A DNA stretch of 64,000 nt from Catajapyx aquilonaris (GCA_000934665.2 KZ538043.1:1-64000), one strand, 5' to 3'; counted from the stretch's first letter, positions 32,101 through 45,480 are shown. Numbers and translations: made by a program. Notes: a model not told the origin generated them from the letters alone.

Positions 32101-35100
32101 TCTTCTTCAAGTCCTATTATACCCAATGCGTCTATTACATCACTCCCGCACTAACACCGGAAAATGACCTGAGTTGACCCCCCCTTGGTATCGATCCCCC
32201 CCCTTACCTGTTCTCCATGTTATAGTGCAAGCAAGGCGAGTAGACGGTCCAAAAGACATGGGCGGAGTGTGGAAAGCAGTAACAGGAGTAGTGCCAGGGC
32301 AGCATGTACACCGCAGCTGACATGACTCGTACTAAAAGACCCGAGGGGTACGCGAACTGCGTACCAACACCGGGGAAGCCATTGGTGCTTGCGCCCTGGG
32401 AGGGAAGCAATGGGGGGAGGCTAGAAACAGCTTCGGCCAATGGCAGGATACCCTTCCCCCCCAAACTCTGTAATGTAAAAAAGGGCCGAGCGGGCGCGCC
32501 AACTCCCCGACACCAAAACTCTCCCCTACTTGGGAAGGTATCCAAAAATTCTACCCCCCTCCGCTCATTCCCCCACTTCCCTAAAGTTGGTGTTATTGAC
32601 CGAGATAGTCGAGTCGCACTTGGGACACCCCCGGTAGTACAACGGGCCAATTGGGGATCTCTTGGCTGTTAACATGTTTTTCCCCTTTCCTTCTATGCGG
32701 CTTGCTCCGCCAGACGGCGATACTTATCCTTTAATTTCCACCACTGTGCACAAACCACGGACGAAAATTCCGTCGTTACGTAATTAGGACGGACCTACAT
32801 TCGGAAATAGGCTCGAGCTGATCTGGCGCAATTTTACCCATGGAACTGTGTGCTACCCACTCACGGCTGCTCCATTTGTATAGCTGGCGCCCTGTCACTT
32901 TGACAGGTACAGCCAGCCTATTATTTTTATATCTGATTGCAAGCAGGTCCCTGTGCATAATTACGGCTTGTCGCTACCCCAAAATAGTCCCTGTCTACTT
33001 AGCCAAGTGTCTACTACATTTCGTAATCCCCGCAGGTACCGCAGTCCCCTATATACGCATCATGCTAAAATCCATAACACCCCCCTACCCCACCCGCCGT
33101 GTGACGCAACAATTAACATCAAGTGAAGCCCCGCAATGTCCGCCGGCCCATAACAACCCCCCGATATATCGACAAGTCATTGGATGTGTGTCAAACCCGC
33201 TCCTAGAAATAGCCGCGGAGTCTATTCTGGTCTGAAGACATGTCACCTTGTCAAAAAGGACACGTCGCTCTGGGGGCTTCCCAACGTGACGGTGCGTGAC
33301 ACGGTCGGTGTGACGTATTTGCCACCGAGATGACAACACGGCGCAGTATAAATAAAAGTACGGCGACCCCATGCAAAAAAAGAGAGTGATGGCGTCGTTG
33401 CCCATACAGTCACGGTTGGTGACAGGTCCGGATCGCCAGAGCGTGACGTCGCATGTGCTCGCAGCATGGGCTTGATCCTCTAAATAAGCCCAGGGAAAAA
33501 AACCCTGCAGGCACAAAGATTCATTGGACCTGGACCTTGGCGTGGAGACGTCGATCGATAAGCAAAATCGTACAGACAGACACACACACACACACACTCA
33601 GGTCAAGAGCCTCCGATTACCTCTAGCGACCGTTATCACACGTTAAATGTCCATAACTGCAGCCTTCAACTGGGCATAACGCGTGGGCGAGAGATTGCCA
33701 GGGATCATAACATGTAGTGTAGCCGAAGGGCATGGAAAATGTTCTACGGACATGCTGGCAAATCTCATGCGCTGTTCACTTTTTGTAATCGCACTGATTC
33801 CTGAATCCAGAGATAATGCTATGTCAACACCAACGGGCCACCAGCTTCTAGAATGTGCGCGACTGAAATAATATTTACCAATAGATCAATAAGGTTCAGT
33901 CAAAACAAGGACAAGGTCCTGCCCGGTAAAGCACATTTCTAAGGTGCATCAATTGCAATGATTACGTGAGGAGTATGTGATACACGGCAAGGGCAATTGA
34001 TGCGCATAGTTACCACGTGAACCCCACATAACCATATTCATATACCTAGAAGGGAATTAGATGTGACCTTAATGTATTTATAGTGAAGAGGAAGAAATGG
34101 AGTGGTGTATCTAAGACCCTGAGCGATAACGAGAAGAAAATAGACGTCGTGCCATGGCAAATAAGCAGTTGGAAGTGGCCCTTTCACAGCCTAATTGGTT
34201 GCATGATCAAGGGCAAGGTAACAATACTTTGGAATGCGATTTGGCCGTGAGCATGTATTGAATGGAGCCAAAAAGGTGGAGAGCAAGTGGTTTTGCTCAA
34301 TAGCGAGTGTATGTGGAGCAGCAAGGTTTCCACAGATTTTGCTTGGAGACAACTTGCATAAGTCCTGAAGGTAATGGACATTAATCTCGTGCTGTAGCAC
34401 CCGAAGGTTGCAGCTTAGAACTTTTATGAAGCGTATTCCCATCATCAATTGCCATTCCCTCCGTCCCAAGGTTAAGAAATTGCCGCAATCCTTGGAGGTG
34501 CAAAAAGTTGCACAGCTTATCTCAGGAGTATCCTTTTGTGCACTGCATCTCAAGGTTTGGGCGACTGTCAATATCACGTTCCATATATTTGTCGTTTGTT
34601 TAAGACTGGTGGTCGCCAGGGTGAGTTATCTCAAACGGCACTTCCCTTGAACTGTGGCTATTTGGGCAGTAAATTGCATTCCCATGGTCCAGTGGCAATG
34701 GCATTAGGACTAATCACTGGGCATGTAAATGTTAATGCAGATAGTACTCACCAAGTGTAGGCGATGTGCTGGGAAATGTGCAGCTATACGGCAGGAAGGA
34801 GGCAGACCTTCCTAGTGAGGATAGGTTGGAGTATAGGGCCATGCCATGTGTGTCGGAAGTTTCAAGGCTGGTCCTGTCTCTACTGCCAATCCTACAGAGA
34901 GGGGGAGAAAAACGCATGATGTGTTAATACATACAGGGCTGTCTTACAACAACACATCTGAATATTCAACAGGGGACAAAACTGTGAACAAAACTATGAG
35001 ACAACACCCTCAGTTTCACTTTCTTGCTGCCTTACTCACTTGCAAAGCTTTGGATGTTATTGACTTTTGAATCCACAGGAAATGGTCTCAATCGTTTGAA

Positions 35101-38100
35101 CACCAGGCAGTGACTGGGCATAAAATCCGTGTTAATGACTTCGCAAAATTCTTATCTTTGCAAATGTGTAATGGCCTTGGTGGGGACCTCTTGCAAGTTC
35201 TAGGTCAAGTTATCAAAGATGCACTATGTCACTGCCTGTGATCTCTCAATGCTAATTTATCATGCTGCATAACAGGAAAGTGACAGAAAAATTATCCTCA
35301 CTCCAGACGTAGTTACATTTCGTCACACAGTGGCTAACCTCAGTTCCGGATGCACATGGGCGGTCAGCTACCCTCTTCACCATATGAAACAAGTAGAAAT
35401 AGATCGCAATCCTTACAATACAATGACAAAGAGGAACTATGGCCCCTAGTAATATGACATGAATACTGATAATAATTGAGAATCAATAGTGTTTTATCCC
35501 AAGGTTACAACAATAATGGAATCCCATCACTGCCATAGTGACATCTGAGTATCAAGAAGATACCAATGTATCTGGACATACAAAAATTCACTCTCTTTTG
35601 CCTTGTACCTTGGAACTTTGCCCAAGTACACGCAGTCACAAATGTACTATACCCATAAGCTTATCGAACTAAAGATCTGCTCATGATAATTATATTCCGT
35701 GAGAACATTTAATTTTAACCCAAGCAAGCATGTTTCACGTGCATGAGATATTCACCCTATTGTACAAGGACATACCCATATGAGCCTGAACATGATCTGA
35801 TCTAAGGGCAGCTCAACCCTAGGATGTAGCTTCTAATGTGACCTGAATATGTCTGGGCCCATGTCTTACCTGGTGGCTTGCACCCTAGTTTTGACGTGAA
35901 TACGTCTATAAAATCGGCTCAGTAATGAAAAAGTGTTAGTCAGGGCTTTGCCAGGGGGCATGCAGGGTGCTTAGGGTCACCATGTGCCATGGCTACCCTT
36001 TCCATGGATAATCCATGGATAATTTTGGACGCCACATGTTCAGAGACAGTGATGCAAAATACCTTTGGTCCGACCAGGGGCCGCCCCGGGGTCTATGCAG
36101 GTCAGTGTCTCTTTGGATTGCCCAAAGTGCCAGGCCTTCATTCTCTCCACAACGGTTGACTTTTCGTGCATGCCCCCCCAATACTGATCCCATTTTAAAG
36201 AAGTATTCACGTTAAAACCTGCGGCTTGTGTCCCCGACACAACCTAATGTATCTTTTTGATCTCACGAAACACAAGAATTTAGGAAAGTGCCAAAATATC
36301 TGGGAAGGTCAACGTTGCAAACAATCTCAAAAATTAAAAGTTGCCATCTGGTAAAGCAGTGACTTGCCAGGTCAGACTTCTTTGACACCATGTCAAAGCA
36401 ATTGCAGATTTCACCATAAATATGAGTTCAAAAGTTGGGATAGGTTATGGACATAATTACTTAACTAGACATATAATGAGCTTATTGTGTGTTTCACGCA
36501 TCACATTAGTCAGAACAGACCCATTGTACTAACTGCAGCAAAGTGGCCTTCATATCGGTCATGCATAATCTGGGAAGTGATAAGGAAAAGGAACCCCTAC
36601 GACCCTCACCATTCAAAAACAAGTACCCATCACTCTGCCAGGAGGGCCAAAAATTTAAGTTTAATTAAACCCTCCAAAAAGCAAGAGTCAGGTGAAACAC
36701 TGGTGACATTTACAAGACTTACGAGTGTAAAGTGGCCAAGAAACGTGAGTGGAAAACAGAATTTAATGAGAAATCAACTTAGTTAGCAGGAAATTAAAGT
36801 TTCAAAAATGAAGCTGGAAAAGAAAACAGCCTAATATGTGTAGATTATATATTTTTTACTACACTATTTTTTAAAACAACACTAATATTTAAAGTGCTTT
36901 CAGTCCATGTTGACATGCCTGAAAGCATAAAATTTTAGGGGCAATTTACACTACAAATCAGTGACTTGTACATTGATTGTTTAAAAATTTACTACTTTAG
37001 CAGAGCATTAAACCAGCTTTAATTATGAAAATGACCCCATATTCCCACACTACTGTATGTGTTAATGGCTCAATAACGACTAATGATATAAAATATGCAA
37101 TACTTCGAGAAGAGCAAATTTAATCCACATTTTGATAAACAGAATGCTCCAATTGAAATACCACTTTCAGCTAGCCATTTTCTGGCACAAAAACTGCTTA
37201 TTTTACTTTTCAACAGCTGGTTTTAGCAAATATCCCCTGAACTAACTTACACTAGGTTGCACAGACACTTTTCTTCCCTTTCAATTGGGTTATATCACTG
37301 ACATTCATTGCCAATTGCCCCACTGGGACATTCTTAATCAAAAATTCGTTGTAGTTCAAAGCTTGGATACATGCAACAAGCATAACATTAGAAGCGAATA
37401 CTTTTGAAACCAACCAATAGTAACTTCTCCAAAATGAATGCTTAATAATGAGCAGTCAAAAAAATCACCAAACTCAAATGGACATTTCAACTATAACATC
37501 AGTATTGGATTAATAGAATTTTCCAGTGGTATTAGGGTAAGCTAACAAACATGTACACAAGTTTCAAATATTACAGTGCAACACTGCATAATTATTGTTA
37601 ACAGAGATAAATAGTACCAAAGAAAATCAGCTACTAAAATGACAAGAAAATAATCATACCTGGTATCATGTTATTCCAGAAAAAAACCACAATGGCAGAC
37701 CCTGAACTGATGCATGTCTATACACATGTATACATGCCATCCCAAGGGAAGAACTCTAGTATTCACTAAGCCATCAGGACGCAAATCACATGCAGGCCCT
37801 GCACCCATCCCCCCTGGGTGAGGGGAATGAAACTTTCGTCTTTAAATAGTCTTGTGGATAGGTCTTTTTTCCTTGGTATGGCAGTATATGTATGGTAGAA
37901 GCATCTTGCACTTTGCTTTCTAGTATTTTTACCTAGAATCATTGCAAAAACTTACTCTACCTCTGGTTAGTTTGACTTTTCCTTCACCTTTCATGACATC
38001 CTATATCCTGACTGAAAATGCTACAACATAACGGCTATGAATCATACTGCTTGAATAGTTTAAAAAAGGAAAGGGCAGATTACTTATCATTTTCGGGGTT

Positions 38101-38228
38101 GACGGTTGCAAATAAAACCTCATGCAGTGAAGTAATCATCAGTACAAGAAACACACTGATTAGGTTTTACAGTAGTGCAGTATTGTCACTTGGAAAATTT
38201 GAAAACATAATTTTAGTGATTATAACTA

Positions 38229-38502
38229 TTGGTATACGGGTTAGCGCCATTAACCTTTCACCTGTGAGGTCCTACATTCAATCCCCAAATACGACAGAGG
38301 AATTTCTCCTGTAGAAAGGAGTTCCCACGGGTTTTCTCTACATTCAGGTGGGTTTTCTCAGGGTTTCCTGTTTCCTCCCACTCAAAATCTATCAGCAGTA
38401 GAGAATTGAATAAAGATAGGCATTTAAAAGCAAATATCTCTAATAGGCCACAACCCTATCACAATAGTAATTATGATGATGATGATGATTATTATTATTA
38501 TT
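38229..38502 (+). mobile_element. Degenerate tRNA-derived SINE with a V/Meta-SINE-like core motif
   Basis: A degenerate A box (TGGTATACGGG) and B box (CATTCAATCC) precede GGTGGGTTTTCTCAGGGTTTCCTGTTTCCTCCCAC, matching the recalled V/Meta-domain consensus GGGTTTTCTCCGGGTACTCCGGTTTCCTCCCAC. It ends in an (ATG)n(ATT)n tail. Confidence 0.55.
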
Positions 38503-38698
38503 AGAAGTGCACATCAAATAAACCTGACAATGCAATACTGCTCCATCAATCACTGGCCTAATGCAATTTTCAAATATGTTGAAAAATGTGAATCAAAATC
38601 ATCTGCACTCTTATGTATCAAAAAGAGGTGTGAAGATGGTGAAATATTCACGCTCAAACAGTGGTGGTCCATTAAATATGACAGGTAACCCAGTTGGA

Positions 38699-39584
38699 CG
38701 AAGGCCGTTCCAAAATGATCGACAATTTATTTTTTTGCCGAAAATACAGGGACCATGCAAGTCGAAAAATAGGCACAAATTATCGATAGAATCCTCCTGG
38801 AGCCGAATGCACTGGGACTGACACTGGTCAACCTCTCCAGGCCCTCCAGGCCCTCCAGGAACCACTTTTTGGTGGAGTGGCGCACCGACTCCCGGACAAC
38901 TATTCACAGTCAACAATGTCCTCGAAATGGCATCGGCGAAGGGCCTTTTTAAATATATTCGAACAGATGAAAGTCACTGGAGGTGGGGGGCATGGTGGTC
39001 TAGTGGCTATTCTACTGGCCAGCCAAGCAGGAGGTCCGGGGTTGAAATCCCGTCAGCGTCAGGCAGTCACCTTCTCTTGGTCTGGTCTTTTTTCACTTTT
39101 CACCTGACATGTCGTAACATGTCCAGGCAGAATTGCCCTCCCTTCTCTGCCCATGGCCAAGAGAAAAGCTCTGGTATATTTAAGAGGGTCAGAAATGACT
39201 ACTTAAGAATGCCCTCCCCCCCCAGAGGACCCATGGCCTTATCACGGGGTATTACAAACAAACCAACAAAGTCACTAGACGCCAGGCCAGGGAAGTACGG
39301 TGGGTGTAGAAGCACTCAAAGCAAGATGCATGGAAAAATCCCTTTGCCGACACCATTTTAAGGACATTGTCGATAGTTGCTGACTGAGAAGTGGTCCGGT
39401 AGTAGGTGCGTCGCACCTCCAAGAAGTGGTTCCTGGGGGGCCTGGAGAGGTTGCCACACCCATGACTCCTGTGCATTAGGCTCTGGGAGGGTTCTGTCGA
39501 TAGTGTGTGCCTATTTGCCGACCTGCATGGTCCCTGTATTTTCGGCAAAAAAATAAATTGTAAATCATTTTGGAATGGCCCTCA
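38699..39584. mobile_element. Mariner-like MITE with ~250-bp inverted arms, interrupted by a SINE
   Basis: CGAAGGCCGTTCCAAAATGAT...TTTGCCGAAAATACAGGGACCATGCA mirrors TGCATGGTCCCTGTATTTTCGGCAAA...ATCATTTTGGAATGGCCCTCA-TA. Confidence 0.8.
38982..39267 (+). mobile_element. tRNA-derived SINE (family 1), nested in the MITE
   Basis: Head GGGGGGCATGGTGGTCTAGTGG (A box) and GGTTGAAATCC (B box). The TSD is AAAGTCACTGGA / AAAGTCACTAGA. It is collinear with the copy at 41259-41559. Confidence 0.88.
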
Positions 39585-39792
39585 TACAATGTAACCAATC
39601 ACAAGGTCATTTACATTTTGCATGCTTGCATCATATCAGGAAGGACATAAAAGTGCCATGTTCAATGTGAAACTACTTCTGACAAACTATTAAACCAGTT
39701 GCTGCTGCAAGAGTTCATTTCAAAGAAAATGGAACTTATTAACCTCACAAGAATATATTTAAAATTTGTTACAGCACTGAAATTGTAATATA

Positions 39793-40199
39793 CTATACTC
39801 CTGATTATCTGTGTTGCTGATTTTATCCGTGCATCGTCAAAAATTCAAATTCATAATTAACGTACGAAAAAAAAGGGTTGAATTTTCGTCCAACTGCTAG
39901 ATACTGCTAAGTAGTGCCAACACTGTTAGCAGTAACAAGCAGTGGGACGAAAATTTAACCCATTGTCAATATGCCTCGCCAATGAATATAACAGATTTTT
40001 TCTAGAAGACAACGTAAAAATATATGGTAAGTTTTTATTATTTTGATTAACCAAGCAGCATACACTTTGTAGAGAGGTACATTAAAAACCTGTGAATAGC
40101 TCATTTTTACGGTGTCCAGGACCATTTTCCGCTTATCTGTGTTTTCCAATTATCCGGCGACACATGTGCAGCCATTAGCCCAGATAATCGGGAGTACAG
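39793..40199. mobile_element. pogo/Tc1-like MITE containing a nested ~70-bp palindromic element (39883-39954; related copy at 51203-51297)
   Basis: Ends CTATACTCCTGATTATCTG / CAGATAATCGGGAGTACAG. The internal hairpin TTTTCGTCCAACTGCT...AGCAGTGGGACGAAAA recurs in similar form at 51203. Confidence 0.6.
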
Positions 40200-40445
40200 T
40201 GTATTACTGGTTTCACTAGCTCTTGACAAGTCATTTTATGGTGATTAGCAGCATATTACATCCACAGCAAATATGATAATTAATTACATGTAACATTATA
40301 AAACTAGTTTAACTTATTAAATGTAGGCAGTAATCATACGGTGGAATTATCTAATGGAAGTTCCTCTACAGAAGTCACACCAGAGAAATCATAAGACACT
40401 TGATTTCTAAGGTGGTTTTTTTTTTGCTTGTTTAATATAATGTCA

Positions 40446-41255
40446 AAGGGGTACTCCCAGGTATAGGGTAAGGGGCCCAAATTTCGACACCCTTACGTTG
40501 TTTTACGCGTGTTAGAAAATGGCTGAACGCAGCAATGCACAGTGTGCCCAAATGCGAGAACACTTGGACAAAAATTGTAAAACCAAGTTGTCAGAGTCGT
40601 CTCAAATCTGCCTTAATGTAAGAAACTAATGTCTGAACAATAATAAAAAACCCTTGGTAGGTTCAGTTGAGATGCGTTTCATGGCAGGCAGGTACTGAAG
40701 TCGAGTGTTTGCCTGCCACCTTTTCGTGTCCATTCAGTCGGCTTTGAATGGTCATGGAAGAAAGGTCACCGCATATCCAATTCAGGCCCCTCCGGATTTT
40801 ACGCTGTGCATAAAATACCTCTGGCTAAGTACTCTCATGTAGCAATTTGAATGTGACCTTGAAATATCGGTACCAGTCGCTCCTTTGTTGAGGCCTCCAT
40901 CACGTGTATTTGTCACATCATTGATTTTATTTCAAAAACGAGAAGTCACGGATTTCACAATATTTCACTTCGAATCTCACATTAAGTGAAAGACTAGACT
41001 CCCTAGTACTTATAGACTCTCTTCGCTTCAATACCACATAATGCCACATTTTTTCCAAGAAGGAGGTAGCATTTGTCATGCTACCTCGACAATAGTTGCA
41101 ATTATGTGTGCTTAAAACTAAGTGAATCTATAACAGGGGAGTCTAGTCGTTCGTTTGGTGTGTCACTCGAAGAGAAACTTATGAAATTCACTACTTTTCG
41201 TCCTGAAAAGCAGAGGAATATCGTGACCGTCGTGACAAATCCGAGCAGAATGGAA

Positions 41256-41291
<36 letters not shown>

Positions 41292-42057
41292 TTACCCCGT
41301 GATAGAGCTCGTGGCCCTCTTAGGGGGGAAGGGGAAGTTCCCAAGGGAGGGCGCCGTGCGATAGCCATTTCTGACATTCTTTAACACCAGGCCTTTTCTC
41401 CTGGCCCCGAGCAGAGAAGGGAGTGCAATTCTGCTCCGGCATGTCGGGTGAAAAGCGGAAAAAGACCCGGCCAAGCAGAGGTGACGGGGACGGGATTTGA
41501 ACCCCGGCCTCCCGCTTGGCTGGCCAGCGGCGTAACCGCTAGACCACCATGCCCCCCCTGAATGGAAGCCATTTTTGTCCAAGCATTTCCGTGTTCGGAC
41601 AAACTGTGCAAAGTAAGGAAAATGAATGTTAATACATTGAACATTTCCTACTAACAGTAAGTCCCGCAATATAGGAAAACGCACAAAATTGGAAAAGTGA
41701 AAACACCCATTTTTTCTGTTCAAAAAAATGTGTTCCTAATGTCAGCACCTGTGTTTTAATGGGAGGAAAGGTGTAATTAAAACATTTCCAAATGCACGAA
41801 CGCTTTTAAATGCTTGATTAATAACAATACAATGAAAACTGGTTTATCTGCATGATGAAGATGACAACTTTTCCCTATTTGCAAAAAACTAAAATTATGC
41901 TGTTGAATATTGATTTGATCAATACAATCATACGAGATTTTAACAGCAGGTAGGAAAAAGTGTCTGACATGAATTTTCCCCCTTAACGTGTCGACCACTC
42001 GGCCAATTACCTTCATTATGCAGTATAGAAGTGTAGACTTACTGGGAATACCCCCTT
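40446..42057. mobile_element. Non-autonomous DNA transposon (~1.3 kb without the nested SINE), superfamily uncertain
   Basis: Terminal inverted repeats AAGGGGTACTCCCAG / CTGGGAATACCCCCTT, plus an internal inverted segment (40536-40575 versus 41571-41610). Confidence 0.55.
41259..41559 (-). mobile_element. Young tRNA-derived SINE (family 1) with a 32-nt poly(A) tail
   Basis: Perfect 11-bp TSD GAATGGAAGCC (41248-41258, 41560-41570). A box TGGTCTAGCGG, B box GGTTCAAATCC, CpG-rich, 3' end ...CACGGGGTAAC(A)32. Confidence 0.93.
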
Positions 42058-42504
42058 GTGAAATATAATTAACATCATGGTCCTATCATAGTCTTTAAAC
42101 ACTTAGACAACATAGCAATGATTTGCAATATTGTATCAAGCCCATTGTTTTGCTTATTCTATCCTGGTGAAAATTACTCAACACCATAAGTGCTAGTTAA
42201 TATTAATTTAGTATATTTAAGAATGCACAGAAAATAAGACAATTAAACATTTACTATTTACAAGACTGGATAGTGCCCATAACATCTGGAACACAATAAC
42301 CGTTACAGGAAACATTGTAATATTGACCATTTAATTTCATATATTTAGGAAACTACGAGTGATATACACAGCTTCAACTACTTAATGTTTTTTGATATTA
42401 GCTTTTAACATAAAAGTAACTTTTATAGTCATCAAAATGTTCAAAATAATCATCACTATTCAAGTACAGAATAATCTATTCCATTTTGACCAAACCATAG
42501 TATA

Positions 42505-42711
42505 CAGGGTGGTCCAAGTTCAAGTGTCGTTTTATAACGGCGATTAATAGCAGTGATTTTGCGATAACGTAGCAGCGACGCGTAAAATGTCCCACTTCGG
42601 CGCATATTCGGCGCCATCGAAGTGGGCAATTTTACACGTCGCTGCTACGTCATCGTTAAGCGCTTCTATTAATCGCCGTTATAAAACGACACTTGAACTT
42701 GGACCACCCTG
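42505..42711. mobile_element. Tc1/mariner MITE, 207-bp foldback
   Basis: TA-CAGGGTGGTCCAAGTTCAAGTGTCGTTTTATAACGGCGATTAATAG ... CTATTAATCGCCGTTATAAAACGACACTTGAACTTGGACCACCCTG-TA. Confidence 0.92.
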
Positions 42712-44061
42712 TATACGTGCAACATATGCTACGCTGCCGTCAGATGTAAGAAGACCATAACTCCTGACCTGCACTAATCCCCTCTGAGTCAGGGGGGGGA
42801 TTAGTGCATGGCATGCATGCGACTTTCACCCTGACTAGTTTTTGAGTTACAGTCTTCTTACATCTGACGGCAGTACTGGGAATAGTCATTCCCTCTTCAG
42901 TACTTTGAAAATATTTCAGAAAAAGAGAGCAGCCCATTAATATCAAGTGACATATCAATGGACATGATATGAATTATTGGAAATCAACTTCAACTGAAAC
43001 CAAAATTTCATACAGATGTGTCTTGAAAGGTCTGGAGTTTCACTAATTTATTATTCCCACTTGTCTTGTAAAGGTCAGGATGGTAATTAGGAAATACCTC
43101 CCACACACAAGTCTACAGCTCATTAACATTAATTATAAGACACGGAGCATGCAATAATTTCAGCCTTCCGGCATTGGCTGGATTCATAAGGAATTATTTT
43201 CGTCCTTATAAATTAGGTTTCCCAAGAGTTAAAAGCACCAAGCAGCTTTTAAACATCTAGTGGAACCTAGCCAAACAGTAAACCACACACAATTGCCTGC
43301 AACATTACCCTTGACTATTCTGTCCAAAACAAATAGCGTTAGTGTGCAGGTGCCACATGGGAAGGAATATATTCAGTAATTGCGAGTGAAGTCACTTATA
43401 AACATAGCCAGAACCGGAAATAACATTGTGTGTGGCTGTTTACCATTTAAAAGTGGATGCTGCAGTACCTTCACATCTGGGAAGCTCTCCACTAGAATAT
43501 CACAGGAAATCAATCAGAAAGTTGACTCGCCTCATAACAGCAGTATTATAGTCAATTATCTATATACAATAGACATATTGAGCAGGCTTACTGGCACAAT
43601 TGAACGTATTTTATTGAAGCAAGGACACCCATAATTTAATGCACAAACCAGCTACATGTTTACTGCTCAGGGATTTCTTCGCTCAATTACGATCTACGCA
43701 CACAGTACATAGTTAACGAAACACTGCAGAACATAACTTACAAGGTAGCTTAACTTCCCATGGCATATCACATACTTCCACTGCAACCTCCGACTAGACT
43801 ATACCCATCTTCTATGTACTGGGCGTATTGCAAGGGATTACTCACTAGCAAATGCACACTTGAAGGTTACTCATTGCAAGACATTGCAACAAAAAGCATG
43901 ATGATTCACCTGATTGTGGCACTTAACCAGGTTGTACCGGATCACACTGGAATTGCAGTGTGCTGTGAATAACCCCTCGGTACACCTCACATGAGATGCG
44001 ACGCAAAAATCGAACGTCCATCAGATGGACATCTGTTGGGGGCGCCCCCGCAGTCATTTAC

Positions 44062-44640
44062 CATGGGTTCTTCCCCGTTCCAACCCCGGGTCCGGCCTCA
44101 GGGGGCGTCCTCCTTTCCCCATCTCTCCTGGTCCATGGGAGGCGGCGGAGGAGGATTCAGCGACGCAGCAGCCTCCCTGGCTCCATGTCCCTTCATTCGA
44201 AGCTGACCCTACCAGAGGAACCACCAGACACAAAACCCAAGATGGCCGACTGGGTGCCCGCCAATCACGTGACTTCCGTTTTGTTTTGTGTGGTGGTGCT
44301 GCACCCCCTTTCCCTGCGCTCCCTCTCCTCTAGTGGATCTCCTTCCCCTTTCTTCTCTATTAATCATTGGATCAATGCACACGTACTATGGATGCATCGT
44401 ATACAAAGCGTCGTTTTCAATTAATCAAAGAGACGAGCGTAGGTTTGTTTGTTTGTTTGTTTGGTGTGTGACGTCAGAGGGGAGAGGGCGGACGGGGTTC
44501 AGCGGTTGGTCGGTAGATGGCAGGACGGGTTTTGCAGGGATGGCCCTTCCATGGCGGATTTAGAGAGGACTTGACTGCCATCTTGCGGAGTTAATGGACA
44601 CTTGGTGGCATAGATGGCGGGATTTTAAACTGATCGGGAG
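44062..44640 (-). promoter_or_regulatory. GC-rich promoter and probable non-coding first exon of gus (exon ~44250-44062)
   Basis: YY1-type AAGATGGC (44239), CCAAT plus E-box TCACGTGA plus ETS ACTTCCG (44261-44278), CRE TGACGTCA (44469) and further GCCATCT/AGATGGCG motifs (44577, 44612). A minus-strand donor CATG|GTAAAT lies at 44061. Confidence 0.55.
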
Positions 44641-44876
44641 CTAACGGCAACTGTCGCTGGAGTTAAATAGAAACCGGACCAGAGCTGGGTAGTTGTCAGC
44701 CGTACAGTCACCAGAAACACACTAAAGATGCTCAGGAATGCAGGCAATGGCCTAAAAATACAAAATATTGGTCAAAACAGTAAATATCAGTGGAATGTTC
44801 AGCATTAGATGTTCAGTTTTGGCAATATTTAATTCTTTAAAAATCGTATACGTATGAGTGTGTGATAATGCACCTA

Positions 44877-44934
44877 CATTTCCCCATAAAATGGCCCTGC
44901 CCTCAAATGGGGTAAAATAAATAAATAAATAAAA
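44877..44934 (+). mobile_element. Severely 5'-truncated retroelement 3' end
   Basis: The 12-bp TSD ATAATGCACCTA (44865-44876, 44935-44946) flanks CCCCAT...ATGGGGTAA plus an (AAAT)n tail. Confidence 0.75.
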
Positions 44935-45222
44935 ATAATGCACCTATATACAGTACATAAATGTGAGCGGATAGTTGTGCAGCAAGTGATACTTCAATTC
45001 ATAGATATTGCTAAAGAGTGACAATCTTTGAATGGCTAGAAATGAGACATGAACGTTCAATGAATATTCAGAGAACGAGGGCCATGCACAGACGTTTACT
45101 GGATACTCATGTGCCACTAGAGATATAGTATGGGCAACGGAAGTAGGTTGATCGACACCTCGGTTATTTCTAAATTTCCGGATAATTTTTTATGTTATTA
45201 ATACATGCTAACTTGCATATGC

Positions 45223-45375
45223 AGATTCCAGACGGATGATGAACTGAAGGAGAGTTCGGACGTGGTTTCAGGAACAACCCAAGTAGCCTCCTTCTATGAG
45301 AAGGGCATTGTACGCCGAGTGTCTCAGTCTCACAGTGGGATAAAATGTATAAATTGTCTTGGGAAACACTTTTGA
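45223..45375 (+). pseudogene. Frameshifted mariner transposase C-terminal remnant
   Basis: Piecewise translation RFQTDDELKE..VRTWFQEQP..SFYEKGIVRRVSQ..WDKCINCLG matches the mariner C-terminal consensus (F...GI..L..RW.KC....G.Y). Confidence 0.75.
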
Positions 45376-45479
45376 CCCAAGGTAAAACATTACGGTACCG
45401 TGATATAGCCTTCGGCTTGGTTATTAGTTATAGCATTAATTTAATAATAATCTTTAAAAATACTATATAAGATGTTCTC

Positions 45480-45480
<1 letters not shown>

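Noticed and set aside
28700..32700. Several 120-150-aa ORFs between the N gaps
   Set aside because: No homology cues or splice-consistent chain. The region is bounded by gaps at poly-C tracts and looks error-prone.
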